A stretch of DNA of 63,844 nucleotides, filler included, from Choristocarpus tenellus KU-1152 (taxonomy: Eukaryota; Protista; Phaeophyceae): assembly GCA_964200185.2 (NCBI GenBank). It is 10 parts of 10 records of this genome, joined end to end, with 100 filler letters (N's around TTAATTAATTAA, not from the genome) between each part and the next. Parts side by side here need not be neighbours in the genome. Positions count along the whole stretch, not along the records: positions 35,054 to 38,663 come from CAXNAD020018971.1; positions 38,764 to 48,106 come from CAXNAD020003759.1; positions 48,207 to 56,195 come from CAXNAD020005298.1; 7 more parts are not named here. One strand, 5' to 3'. Of the stretch, positions 35,054 to 48,273 are shown one piece after another. The position numbers were made by a program, and so were the translations under genes. The notes below the pieces were generated by a model. It searched no databases. It saw only the letters and a list, made by a program, of their open reading frames with translations, and was not told the origin of the DNA. Each line of letters starts with the position of its first letter. Position 1 is the stretch's first letter.

Positions 35054-38000
35054 CTGTTGGGAGGGAGAGAGGGAAGGATGTGGAGCGTGATGCAATTGGG
35101 GGGGGAGGGAAGGGGGGGGGAGGAGGAATCAACGACGTGGACATACCGGACGCTATTCCGTCAAAGCTTGAGTGGCATGTGAGTGGTGTATGTCATGCCT
35201 ATTTTTGTGGTACTATATGTTACTATATATATCTGTTGGAGAGTATCGGCAATGTCATTTGTGTGATAGGTGGCCTTATCTAAAGTGGTACTAATATCAT
35301 GTTAATATTTTCATTATTTTTTATATTGTCACTCTTTATGTTGTTAATTCTGTCATTATTACCACAGTATTCAGTCAACTTTTGAATTTTGTTTGTTATT
35401 TTTTATTAGGGTTATAGGGTTAATCCATGAATTTGGAGGGTGATGGTGGATCACGGAGATAGTTGCCCAACATGATGTCCTTTTCCTGGCATTGGAGCAA
35501 ATGCAACAGCAAAGTTATTTATGTGATACAATCACTATTTATATTTTTATTTAAGGATGTTCAAATGCTGTTCGTATCATTTATGATAACAGATGTATCA
35601 TTGTGCATGATGCTTGGTTCCTTTTATATAATTCATAATGTCGTTTTGAACATGTAATATAACTCAAGGCATGCTGTAACAACTAATATTATTATTAATA
35701 CAATAGTAATTTTAATATATTATAAAGTTGCAGTAATTTTTGTATTAATAGGTACACACCCTAACCCTAACCCTAGCTGCACTGATTGGGGGTGAAAGGA
35801 CTGGATGCTATAACTTTTTGTTTTTGTTCTTCTGGGATTGTTCATGTGTTCGATGCACTGATTACTGGCCCTCACGGATAAATGTAGTGATTTGAAGAAA
35901 ATAGACTTGACCTACCTGCTGTGTCTCGCTCGTGCAGGTTGTAGCATTATTTATTATTATTAGTGGACAGTATGGTTATGTTAGGGTTAGGGTTAGGGTT
36001 AGGGTTAGGGGTGAGTTAGTTGATCTACTGCCAAGGACTCAAATACCTCTGCCTAATAATAATTTTTTTGATTGGCGAAAGGTAAGGGTTTTTATGTTTT
36101 AGCAGGGATGTAGATTTGGCTACAGAATGCAATGTGCCTCTGATTTCCCTGGGAAATTTCAGATTGCTGTTACCAGAATACAGGGTTTATTACGATGATG
36201 TGATAGTAATAATAACAATAATAATAATAATAACAATATTATCTTTTGTTTTATATTCTTAGGCATCACCGACAGTATAAGGTTAAACGTAACAGTTGTA
36301 GATTTCTTTCAACGTAGTTACATTGTATGTGCTGTTGATGAAACCCTAACCCTCCCTACATCCTTGGTGTTGAAGTTAGAATACAGTGCTGTTATTGCTT
36401 CGACCAGGGGTTAGGGTTAGGGTTAGAGTTACGGTTGTGGACACTGTGATGATGAGTGATACACTCACTACTGTGATGGAGTAAAAATAGGTGTTCCGAC
36501 CTTCGGTCTATCCCTAACCCTAACCCTAACCCTGCATGTGGCTAAGAATAGTAGTAACGGTTATCTCTCTATATACATGTTTTTCTTCTGACCGTCGTGG
36601 AGTATGTAGCATGCCTTGGATCATTTTTTAGAGTATTACCTAAGTTAGATGTGCAGTGTAGCGATTTTTGTTCTGTGTTGTTGTGTGCTTTTTCCTGAGA
36701 GGTGCACACTGGGAAAATTAGAAGTGTACTGCAAGAGGATGGCCAGGGGTTGAGTTGGCACCATATACAACATAAACTCAGTGTCAGTGTGCTCTGCCAA
36801 GATTGGAGTAATAAGATGTATGTTTCTCAAGGTTGTAGCATTGCCTGAGCAACCTGCTACTCTAGTAAATCCTCCTGGAGGGTGCCAGCAAGCCTGTCAT
36901 GCAAACCATAGTGGCCGACTAGGTTCTCTGTCTGTGTGTCAGATAAGTTTTCTATGCTCAAGTGCTAAGGGGTCTGATTTCTTTGTAGTGGTTCATCCAT
37001 TCAGTGTATAACCAGTGTGTAAGCCTTGAGAGCTGAAGCATCAACAAGCTCTATGAGTGGGGGATGCATATTGAGGAAGTGGTGTCATTGATAACTGGGG
37101 CTCTTATACCGCCTTCCTTCTCTAGAGAAATAAGTTTTTTGTCACTATGATCTTCAAGTTTTCCTTCGTAGAGTGATCCTGCTCTACAAAAATGTAGCTT
37201 ATGGTTTGGTTTGGTGTATGGTACCTCTTCTTCACAAACCCTTGTCTTCAGCCTGTCCTGGGAAGCAGCCATTGTGTGCTAACCCTAACCCTAATTCGTA
37301 CATATTGAATTCCTTGCTTATTTACTCTGTGTTGATGTGGTACAATCATGGCCATGTGCTTGAACGTACTAGTGCTCAGAGTAAACCTGAGATTATCTAA
37401 ATCTTTGTTTTTTGTTGTAGGGAAGATGGAGGTTGTCTCCAGTAGAAAATCGTTTGAAGTTTTGGATTCTTTAGTAGAGCTACAGGGTAATTGGAGTTAG
37501 GGTTAGGGTATGCTTCTTATGACGTTTAAAGTTGTGTATCAACCCAATCATGTCATTGGGCTCTATATCTCTCTTTGCTAATAGTTAGTGTTGATTTGTT
37601 TCACTCCTTCATTGTTTTATCTCCTGGTGGATACTGATCTTTTGATGGATGTGAATATTGGAAATGCTGTGGATATCTTCTGGCGGAAATTGAATCGATC
37701 TGAACAATTTTTTGTCTCAGATTGAGTGGGAGGAGAGGGAACTGCGAAGAGATGGCACAGGACCGACAATCCAGCTAGACAAGTGTCAAGATTTGAGGGT
37801 GAGTTATGTTGGGGTTGGAGTTGAATTAAGATACCTAACCCTAACCCTAACCCTAACCCTAACCCTAACCCTAACTCAAGGTAGATGCTAATGTAGGCAG
37901 TGGTAGGAACAATTTTGTCAGCAGTTACACAGAGAGTGTGGTGTGATGCAAGTTGTATTGTACCAAGAAAAGGCAGTGGTATGTTTCTTAGAAATAGAGA

Positions 38001-38557
38001 CCTGTTTTTTTTTGTGAGTTTGCTTTATGCTATCTTGGTTCAGAGCTAGGGTTTGGGATTGATGATTGAAAGGCTATGCTGTCAGGATTTCATGAGCGTT
38101 ATATGCCTATTTTTTAGTATATTTTTCAGGGTTAGGACATAGACGCGACTCAAAGTACTACAGATACTTTTTTTTTTTGCACATTTGATCCAGCAGGAAA
38201 GAATACATATTTCTTGTTAATTACTTGTTAATTACAACTAATTCCTCAAGCTTGCAATGATGGGACAATGATATTTTGATATTATAGTTTGCTGATATTT
38301 CTTGTAGGCTTCTCTTACAAGTGCCCTTGATTGCCATTTCCTTTTTGTTGTGGGGTGTTACGGCCCTGTCTGGTGTTATGTTGTATGTTATGTTGTGTGT
38401 TATGTTGTGTGCTATGTTTTGTGACTACCATTGTGTATAGAGGGTTGTTTGCTGTGTCCGTTTCAGCGCTGACGGCACCAAGATTGCAGCTGGAAGTCAC
38501 TCATGCGTGAAGGTCTTTGATGTGCAGACATCCAAGCAACTCTACATGTGCCGAAAG
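35054..38557 (+). CDS. TUP1-like WD40 protein fragment; clear exon 38441-38557, probable exon 35054-35178, intermediate exons unresolved
   Basis: RVVCCVRFSADGTKIAAGSHSCVKVFDVQTSK matches the first WD repeat of Tup1-family corepressors (SVVCCVxFSxDG). AG/GT bounded, 117 nt. Confidence 0.65.
35759..37874. repeat. Cluster of short interstitial telomeric repeats in both orientations
   Basis: CCCTAA x3 at 35759 (third unit CCCTAG); (TTAGGG)5 at 35981-36010; TTAGGG x2 plus degenerate units at 36411; (CCCTAA)3 at 36512; x2 near 37282 and 37497; ~x7 at 37834-37874. Confidence 0.9.
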
Positions 38558-38763
38558 GTATACTTTAGACTGCTCTGCTTTTGGAGTGGGGGGGGGGGGG
38601 GGAAGAAGGGGGGGAGGGGGGGGGGGGGGGGCTATACGTATGGGGCTCTGCTATCCTGTCAAGNNNNNNNNNNNNNNNNNNNNNNNNNNNNNNNNNNNNN
38701 NNNNNNNTTAATTAATTAANNNNNNNNNNNNNNNNNNNNNNNNNNNNNNNNNNNNNNNNNNNN

Positions 38764-38802
38764 CAAATGGACAGCCGCCACCCCTCCCAGGTACTTTGAG
38801 CC
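38764..38802 (-). mobile_element. MITE family B left terminus at contig start
   Basis: Reverse complement GGCTCAAAGTACCTGGGAGGGGTGGCGGCTGTCCATTTG. Confidence 0.8.
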
Positions 38803-41545
38803 TGCAGCAATATGTTCTGTTGTGCAGGGTACCCAATGGTGTTTACAGATACTATTGCACGAGATATTTATTAGGTACTATTGTACAATATAGTTAACAC
38901 ATACTGTTACTGTTGGTGTAGACAGTTTTAATACGGAGGAGTACAGTACAACAGATTGTTCAAAAAAATAAATATTTGTAAATTTTAAGTCATACATACA
39001 ACAATGGAAAACTTTTATAATACTACTTGGAAAAACTTAACACACTTTGTAGTCTGGTCAACTGAAAAAAATCATGGGAAAAACGCTAGATTGGCTAGAA
39101 TTCTAACTCGATTAAATTGTCGGTGCAGAGCGCCAAGTGGGGCGTAGCTCTTTAAGGCAAATGGTGCTCTGGTCGTTGAGGGTCTTCACCTGAGGCACGA
39201 AATTCGAACTTCCACTGTTTTTTATCCTCTTCCTCTGTTGTAAGGGGTTGATCTTTCCTGTAATACCTGACATAGTCCATTGCTCGCCTTTAGTGGCACA
39301 AGATAAACAGTTTGCAAGGAGGTGACGATCGAATTTCCTTCCAGAAAAAAAAGAGAGTGGTCAGGATCCTTCTATAATGTCAAACTGCCAAACACTGGCT
39401 CGTTGTAACATAAAATAAAATATCATGATTGCTATGAACAAAATATAGAAGAGATAGAGTTGGGGGAAAGGGATGGCTGTGAAAGCAACCCATGTTCACG
39501 AGGGCATGAAGAAACGAATGTATACCGTCAGTAGTATATGTGTATGCTGACGGTATAACTAAAGACGTCATACGGATCCATGATCCTCCACTTTCGCGTT
39601 TACGGGAATCTCCGATTTCACCACAAAACCGGCACGGTCACCCATTTTTGGCTCTGTTTTCTTTTCTGGTGATTACACTGTCCGTTGTGTTCCTACTAAG
39701 TCCCTGGCCCATCAAAGGACTACCTCAAGTTTAAACTATCTAATATATACGTTCTACATATTGTGCATGTATAACTTGTGCTGGAATATTGAAATATTGA
39801 TCTACAATCTTAGACAGAAGCTGACGTTTATATGTTTCATACATGTAACACCTCACAAAACGCGATATCTGAAACAGTTACAAACCTAAATCTCACTAGG
39901 ACTTTGACTGCTTACACTGGGTATGGACGCAGACATACGTATGAGTCCTTGGAGACAAATCGTGTTCTGAGTGATCTTACAAATACTACATGAGTTCACA
40001 AGTGAATGTCTGTATTACACTATAATATATATAATTGGTTGTATCCTCTCCCCCCAAAAGCAAAAATATCTTCTTTAAAATGCTAACAGTTTAATATGAA
40101 GGAGGATTTGGAACAGTAACCAATGGGAGTGCAACTCACCACAGCCACCGCCTTCCTTGCCTACACATTTGATATTTTGTTCAAAAAAGAGGACAGACCA
40201 GCACAAAGTGGTGAGCAAATAACAAAATCCATCAACTTAATTTCATCCTCTCATTCCATACATATACTTCAATCTCTGGTTTTGTGTTCATTATGTAACA
40301 TTCCCAGTAACTATAAATAGTGTAGAAAAAGTGCTGCCAGTTTTCACTTGATTGAATCAATTCAGTCCCAGATAGTGCTGATCTCCATTGAACACAACAA
40401 CGTCCCACGATCAACAATGTGTATCATTTAAGGAGCCCTATCCGTTAAAAACAAGAACTGTTTTTCTTGTATCTATACTATGTACCAATTCTCTACAACA
40501 TAGCACAAGGGACATCAAAAACTTAGCTTTGTCAAGCATCTGAACGAGATTAATATCTACACTTAGAAAGAACTGAGGATGTTTGGTATTGGGCCAGTAA
40601 CACTCAGGCAGACCTGTCTACCATTCTACAAAACTCTCTACAGCAGTAGACATGGAACCAGTAAGCTCTTGATCGCTGGATATGGAACGAGAACGTGTGT
40701 ATGTGTGTGGAGTTTAGAATACATCGAGGATGAACTTAAGTTTGCCTCTATCGTCAGTGGGCACAGCATCTGCATAAGAAAAACCCTTGTGTCTCTTGAC
40801 TTGCAGCACATTCAATCTTTTACCCTTGCCAAATGGAAGACCTGGAAACACGACACCCCCATGAACCATCAGGACAAACAGGATAAGGCATAGGGAGTAC
40901 ACGAGATTCAAGTGTCTCTCCAGAGCTCAAAAGTGAGTTTTTTTTTTTGCATTGGCATCACTGCCCTCAAGTGTGTAGGCTTAATATTTTAAGAGAACTA
41001 TGTATATCCAACACCTTTGAAAGGTGGGTGAACTAGATTTTCAATCTGGGCGGGGGCCTAACAGTTCATCTTCAAATTTAGAGATCATACCTATCATCAG
41101 CCACTGCCATTCACTACAACATGTGGGTCAAGGGGAGGAACCTGGACAACCAGATCAAGAACACAAAAAGCGCTCCATAAGTGATGAATATTGTGATAAA
41201 ATAATTTATCACTTCTGCACAACACCCTCAACCAAACCAATCATCTGTATCTTCACCCAGCCACCACATTATTTACCCCCTCTGGTGTTGGATTGCAATA
41301 CACACAAGAGGAGCAAGTGTTACCAACCCAGCAGTAAGTTTTCGTTTCAATCAAACCTTGCTAACAATGTCTTCAGTTGCATTAAGTGAACAGACTCCGA
41401 AGTGCTTTTGATTTCAGGCAGGAAAACAGGTTGAGCAACACCCGATATGCTGAAAATGATCCCATAAAAGAACTGCATAATAGCATTCAAACTTGACAAC
41501 CTATTCCCCCTCCAACAAAAAAACATTGGGGGCTCCTTGGTAAAA

Positions 41546-42275
41546 TCACTCTTCCTCTTCCTCCTCTTCCTCGTCTGCTTCACTGGCAACTTCTCCCTTA
41601 TCAGGACTCCCTTCCCTGAAAAGAGTTCGAGGGTCGTAGGCTGTTACTGGCAGGGTCTCCTCTCGGCACACTGCGATCCTCTTGCTCTCTGGGTCACTCA
41701 ACGTCACCAGCCCGAAAATTGTAGCGAATAAACCGGCTCCCATCAACATGTGCCCAAGCGCCTCAGCTGTTGATACGTGCGGGGCATCAAAGTCGATGCA
41801 GGTCTCGGGGGCCACGCCATCATTCCAAACAAGCTCATGGTTCTCGTTTAGCTGCGGAGTAAGCGGTACTGGAGGTTACTGCGGTTACCTCAGAAAGTTC
41901 TCTATAGAGCACAAAAATGCGCAAAGCAGGTGCACAACGAAATAAATAAAACATGCATAAAAGGAATGTTGGAATGGTCGTTAATGCCTGCATCATCACG
42001 GCCATCACGTCGCTGTGCACCTTGGCCATGCCTCAATAGTGCACTCCCTTGTCGACTTTGCGCTTTCCACCCCCACAAACTCCAGAATATTGAGCATTCA
42101 TATCAGAAAAAGATAAACCATTTATCACAACATTTTTAGCACGTACCATGGAGGAAGGCGCCAAGTTGCGAGCAAAAGGGGGCATTGGGGGACCGTGATG
42201 TCCACCCCCACCCCTGACAACCTGTCTGGCAGACGACGCCACCACTCCCCTGCGTAGCACTTGTCTAAGGGCCAT
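41546..42275 (-). CDS. NDUFB8: NADH dehydrogenase (ubiquinone) 1 beta subcomplex subunit 8 (plant/stramenopile type), 144 aa; exons 42275-42147, 41851-41546
   Basis: Arg-rich mitochondrial presequence MALRQVLRRG; PPMPPFAR...|LNENHELVWNDGVAPETCIDFDAPHVSTAEAL followed by a single TM helix; phase-0 GT-AG intron. Confidence 0.8.
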
Positions 42276-42709
42276 TGTAGCGCCAAGGAACTGCACTATC
42301 TCTCTCTTTAGATTTTGCCTTACTCTCGTCGACGAAGACCCCGTAGACCCACGACGGGGTCGATTCCTGAATTGAGTTCTACAAGTACCGCGAAACTAAT
42401 ACAGAGTCCACAACAAAAAGGTTTGACGATTACATGCGCGCGCGGTCTCCCTCGTCACGCGAGGAGGTTGGGATGAAAAGTGAAAATGAGAAGGGTGTTA
42501 GGGTATATAATAGGAGAGAGACGTGGTGTGAGTTGGTAGCTTCAACATCTAAACCCCTTGCCATCCAAGCGAATCTCGGAGTCCACATCTTGTAGGTTGT
42601 CGTAGGAGTGTGCAATCGACGAGGAAGCGAGGGGAGAGGGGAGAGGGTGTTTTAGCCTAGAGCCTCTTGGAGGAAAAGGCGCAAGAAGGGCAAACAGAGA
42701 GCTGGAACT
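42276..42709. promoter_or_regulatory. Putative CpG-rich bidirectional promoter
   Basis: 434 bp between divergent ATGs; CGCGCGCG run; inverted repeat GACCCCGT-N9-ACGGGGTC near 42337-42361. Confidence 0.55.
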
Positions 42710-43251
42710 ATGGTTATTCAGGGGAAACACAAGCTCCTCATATTTTCTATGATCCTTCTGGGTTTCATTGCATTTGCTGCGTGGAACAGTGAGGATGGTG
42801 TGGACAACTGGTGGATAATGTGGACCATCCCCATCATCTTCCTTGGGGTCTGGTTGTTGTTCGATTGCATGTTTGTCGACGACAAGTCGTTCATCTTCGA
42901 CCATGACTACGAGGTAATGCCCGTACCATAACCCAAAACAGCTGCAAATTATGGTTGATCAAATGAACCAGTGTCACTCTTCTCTCTGAAGTCTTTGCCC
43001 GTGATTTGGGTGCACTTGGCCGGAAGGTCAGCAACCCATGGAAAAACACTCCAACTTTCCTCCTTTAACTAAATTGTTCAGGAGAAGAGCATATCGAATG
43101 AAGCTTTGAATAGCTGTACCGTGTAGAAATGCAGGATATATTGCCCAGTTAAAGACACCTTGCGTGGAAAAAGCTGACCACCTGCTCAATGTGTCCCCTG
43201 CCGTCCCATTCCCTCCAGAACTGGAAGAGGCGGATTGACCCCATGTACTAA
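42710..43251 (+). CDS. Small two-TM membrane protein, 78 aa; exons 42710-42913, 43219-43251
   Basis: Two hydrophobic helices; GAG|GTAATG donor and CCCTCCAG acceptor give ...FIFDHDYE|NWKRRIDPMY*. Confidence 0.75.
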
Positions 43252-46249
43252 CAATTAGTAGTCAAACGGAGTTCGCATGGAGTACATGGATATGTGGTGA
43301 ACCATGCACAATTTGTTGTGCCGGGAAGGTTGTGCACCTCTTGAATTTTGATTAGTCCTTCTGTTGCTCGATTGTGTTCAAGCACCTGTCGTCTCGAACT
43401 TCTTGGGTCTCTTGGGAGGACGTATCCATCGTATGAGATGAATTGTGGTTAAAACATGCAGTTGCCTTGTCATTTGGTTTGCATAGGGGTTTTGAATCCA
43501 AGTGTTCCTTCGATTTTCTTGGCGTATATAAGCATACCGTGTTTGTCGTACTACAGTATTAGAGACATGTGTGTGTGTGTGTTGCATTTTCCACTGTAGG
43601 AGGTTTTGTTGCTCAACGCAAACCACTTTTCTGGGCCTGAACAGGCGGAAGGTGTGGGAGGAGGGCGAATTTGCCTTGGCTGCCTGTCCTCCAAGACTAT
43701 TAAACCTTTTTATTATGCTCAATCGTTTTATTTGTATATTTTGGGGATGGCCCCTTCAAGGTCAGAGTCAAAGACATGCTGAACCATTATCGCAAAGAGT
43801 TGTTTGTGGTGAGCTTGAGGAGCAGGGCAATGTGAGTTGTGCCCTTGATTGTGGATGGGACAACAAGGATGCCAAGTACAACCTAGCTCATCTCCGTAAA
43901 AAGTGGTAACCCTCAAAGAGGGAGATGACCTTATGGTGTGGAAGGATTCGGAGGCTGCCAGGTGAGTATTATGGTACAATTTGTTGCATGTATGATTGCA
44001 TTATATTGCTTGAGTCGCCAGTGCGAGTTCAAGGTTGAGTTGCATGCCTGGCCACCCCTATTTTTGTTGGTGGGTACTTGTCCCTCATGTGAGGTGAAAT
44101 GCCACCTGGATCCATGTTGGAAAAAGCGATTTAGGTGTTTCATATGTTTGGTTCCACTGCGAGAGAGCTGAGACATTGCCATGACCCCCCCATATGAATT
44201 ATTTGGCGTATGTGACCAAGGAAGAGCATGTGTTGTGAAGGTTGCATTCATGCTGGAACATTCTTTCTCAGTTGTTGTACACCATGGGACTAGAAATGAA
44301 CACAACTCAAGAGCCTCAACTCTGAGGAAGGCGTATGTAAGAAAAGGTAACACCTGCGGACACTGTTGTGGTGACCTTGCTCATAGAGGGCGCATGATTG
44401 AAAATACTCTTTAGGGTGATCAGGAATGTTACAGAAAGCTTTATGTCTTCCCATGTCCCCAACCTGCTGATCATTTGGTGCCTGCCTGGGAATCTCTCAT
44501 ACACCCCATTATGTGGATGCATGGCTACGTTGGCGGTAGGGAGACTGAATAGCATAAATATTGCAACATATTGAGGAATACCCACACGTACATTGCAACC
44601 CAGTGTTCTGAAGTGTCCCTCTGAGAATGAAGAGTGGACCTCTGTCGAATTAGTATGTAAAGCCTCCCTTGCCTTTTGTTATTCTTGATTTTGGCTCAGA
44701 AAATATATGCGCACGCACACGCACACGCATCAAGCGAAGTGATCTAAATGCCAATTTCCACTTGAGTTTCATTTATCCTTGTCATGGGACAACATACTCC
44801 ACACTATACATGGGCTTGCCAGCATGCAAGCCTCCCCTGCTTCCTTCAAGAGAGGGATGCCTTGCAGTCGCTGGGGCCCCCATCACTGCCCTCTAGCACT
44901 CTGGTGATTTTGAGCTTTCACGCAAACTAGCACGCCCTTGTCTTCTCTTCTACAGCAACAACCTTTAAGGTGGATTGGATATGTTTCATAAGTGGGAACA
45001 GGGTGTCAGGCTTCTCATGTGTCGTGTTCCACTCTTCCATACTGCTGGCACACATCTGTCATCCAAAAGTTTTGTTACGGACCTTCAAAATGGTTCTGTT
45101 TCGAATCGGAAGTTTTTGGAGCTTGATGGATAGAACTTGAAGTCAGTTCAAATTTACCTGTGGACAGCGGCATTAGTCAACTATTATCAACTTGTACATG
45201 CCAATGAATTGAGTCGCTGGGCTCTATGAGCAGAGGATACACACACACACACACACACACACATGTGTGAGAAGAAAAAAAAAGCAATCGAAATTAATCC
45301 CTTGATTCACGAAATCGTAGTGATCCGCAACTCTACTAAATATGCTCGAAAGGGCCTAAATTGACCTCCATCAAAGACAGCACGAGTCTACAGTAGGGTT
45401 AGGGTTAGGGCTTTCATGATCTAGCACTGCCTGCCCTGAAGTTCCCCGCCCACTGACCAGGATAGCAGTGCCCAATCCGTGCAAGTACCCCTGAGGAAGT
45501 AACATATGCAAGATACGAGGAATGGGCAATGTGCAGAGCTGTGAGCCGGCGCAGATTATGTATTTGCCCCATCTGATCAGCTGGTGTTAGAGCTCGTGAC
45601 AGATTGTTTTAGGAAAACCACAGCTCGATCTCGATGAATACCTTTCTTTAATTATTGTTCTTTTTTTTCTGGTTATGTATGTGTCTTGTGTTTTTACCTG
45701 GACTTGTTCAGGTTGTGGCTCTCCCGGGAGGGCACTCCCCTTCCTTTGCTCAGGTGACACCAGCTTTGATGCCACTGCTGCTGCTGCTGCTGAACCTGAT
45801 GTCACTGGGATGTATTCCAGCAGAGCATGATGTGGCGGGGGTGGTGGGGATCCCTTCTTTTTTTTACTTGAGAAAAAATCTGCACGACATTTGCACACAA
45901 ACGCCTTTCAAAATTTTGTGTTTGTACCGCCTGCAATGTCGCAACTGTGTTAGGGTGTAGCATGTTTTTTGGGTGAGATTGCCTCTGAAACGTGTCCTGT
46001 TCATAGAGCTCAGGAAAAGAGCATGTCTACTGTTGGCCTTATGATCGCGGGCTGGTCCATGAATTGCCATGTTGGAACTTGGTTGTACATGGTCGGCCAC
46101 TGGCCCCATTCATGTTGAGTAAGTGGTGGCCATGGGCTTGGTCATGTTAGAATGTTTTATCTATGGCCGGTCAGGGTATATTTTTTATACTCAAGTCAAC
46201 CATGTCGTGGCCTTGCCTCCTATTTATATTTTTACCACTCTACTTGAAT

Positions 46250-46565
46250 TCTGTATCTTAAATTTCAAATATTTCGGTTTAGATATGATGATAACGTAAA
46301 TAATGATAGGTACGTATCATTTGACCCAGGTGAATATAGTGGATTTAGACATGGATATGCAACAACTGTATTTAAAGCACAAGGGGCAAGTATTGCAGAT
46401 GTTATGCAGATATTATGTATATCATGATGGATTCTCTACACTGAGAAACACTTACGTATCCTTATCCCGTCATGTAGAACAGCTCAGGCTTTATGTAAAC
46501 AAAAACTCTACAGGTGATATGTCGATATTAACTCGTCAGCTTGCAAATGACTTTGAAAATTACAA
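46250..46565 (+). pseudogene. traA: Conjugative relaxase/helicase TraA (SF1B) C-terminal helicase fragment, Rickettsiales-like
   Basis: NDRYVSFDPGEYSGFRHGYATTVFKAQGASIADV/YVYHDGFSTLRNTYVSLSRHVEQLRLYVNK contains helicase motifs V (HGYAxTxxKAQG) and VI (YVxLSRH). The frameshift coincides with an imperfect 11-nt duplication at 46394-46415. Confidence 0.85.
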
Positions 46566-48273
46566 CACTGTAGGTACTAAGTATATTAATTATAGTGTCA
46601 GGGACGGGTCACCTTTTTCGGGATCTCGGATATTGACGAGGATAATACATGCAGTCATATACATCAGCGTGCTTCACCTTTTGCAATTGAGGCCAGGTCG
46701 GGAGGTCAAGAGTGTCTCCTATTCCTTGTGACCCCCCAAGCTTTCTCCTATCCGATGTATGCCTTGAGTTTCACCAGTTCAAACCTCAGACGCAAAGACT
46801 GCTACTTGATTCTGTATTGTAAAAAAGCTCTGACACAACATCCAGCACTTGGAATGAGCTGAACCAGATCAACAACTATGTCATTCCTCCATCATTACAA
46901 TCAGTGAAACAAGTAGAAAATAAAAAAGTGCCTTGGAAAACTTGTGCACTTTTCTCATCGTCTATCGAACCACTCAGGACAGACGGGAGGAATCAGGTGC
47001 ACTTTCAGACCACAAAAGCACGCACCAGTCTTACTGAAATATTACCATTGACTCAATGATTGCCCTATTGGCCATAGCTTCTGCTCCTGTGAAGAGCATA
47101 CAACACCCTCCACACACGTTTCTAGCCATTCATACAGATATCTAATTAAAACCTGCTAGAACTTACCATCACATCCAAAACACCAGGATCTATCCAAGAA
47201 TTTTCTACACATAATTTTGAGTTGCACATTTCGAAACTTGCTCCACTGGTGGGCCCTTGGCAACTCCTTGACGAGATTAGACTTTAAAAAACAAAAAAAT
47301 TATGGGACAACAAGCAGGTTCAGAGGTTCGGGCAGATGGCGCATACAGAGGAAAGCTATGTAGTTCATCACAGCTAAGAATGAGCCTTGTCAGATGACTT
47401 GAAACAAACAAAACCTCCATGCATGTGATTTCTCCACATGAAAAATGTGGGTTGAACAACACACATACGGAGCCTTCGGTCCAGTATCAAATATTAACAT
47501 CGGTTTTACTATGGGATGTTAAAGAAGCTAAATTAGTTGTCAGATGTAATACTTGCACCCATACTACTACAGCGAGCGGTCCTATGGATAAGACTTGAGG
47601 TTAAAACAAACAAAAACTCCATGCACATACACATTTCTCCACAACAGTGCGGCGGATAATTCTTATGTCTCACGTGTAATAATGCCATCTATTTGCTCCT
47701 ACATGTCTGTGTGCTGAGTCTGCGAGTCGTGACGCACTAAACCAAACAAAAGAACAAACAAAAATCTTGATTTCAGCAAAAAAAAGGCCTCTGGCACACA
47801 CACGACTTCGCTGAACACTGCCAAGAAAGAGGAAAAAAATTCATCCGTGCTATGATATGACCCCCCAAACACCTTTCATACTCAAAATAAATATGCCTTG
47901 TCCACACTATAGAGTACTTCAATCCTTCTGGGGAATATATTTCTTGGCAGGGTAGGAGTAATCATCACTTCGGGCACACACACACACACACACACAAAAA
48001 GTGCTCTAGGGATTCGCGGGGGGGGGGGGGGGGGGGGGGGGGGAGGCCCCCCCCCCCTCAACGGTTCCCCGCGGGGCCACAGAGGTGGGTCCCCGCCCCC
48101 CCCCCCNNNNNNNNNNNNNNNNNNNNNNNNNNNNNNNNNNNNNNNNNNNNTTAATTAATTAANNNNNNNNNNNNNNNNNNNNNNNNNNNNNNNNNNNNNN
48201 NNNNNNTTTTGGTGCCATGCGTTTCTACCCCGGGCCGTCTTCTTCCCCCCCCCCCCCCCCTGCTGTTTCTCAG

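Noticed and set aside
46250-46565. Functional conjugation system or bacterial contaminant contig
   Set aside because: Only a ~300-bp frameshifted fragment with no other tra genes, on a contig carrying spliced eukaryotic genes.
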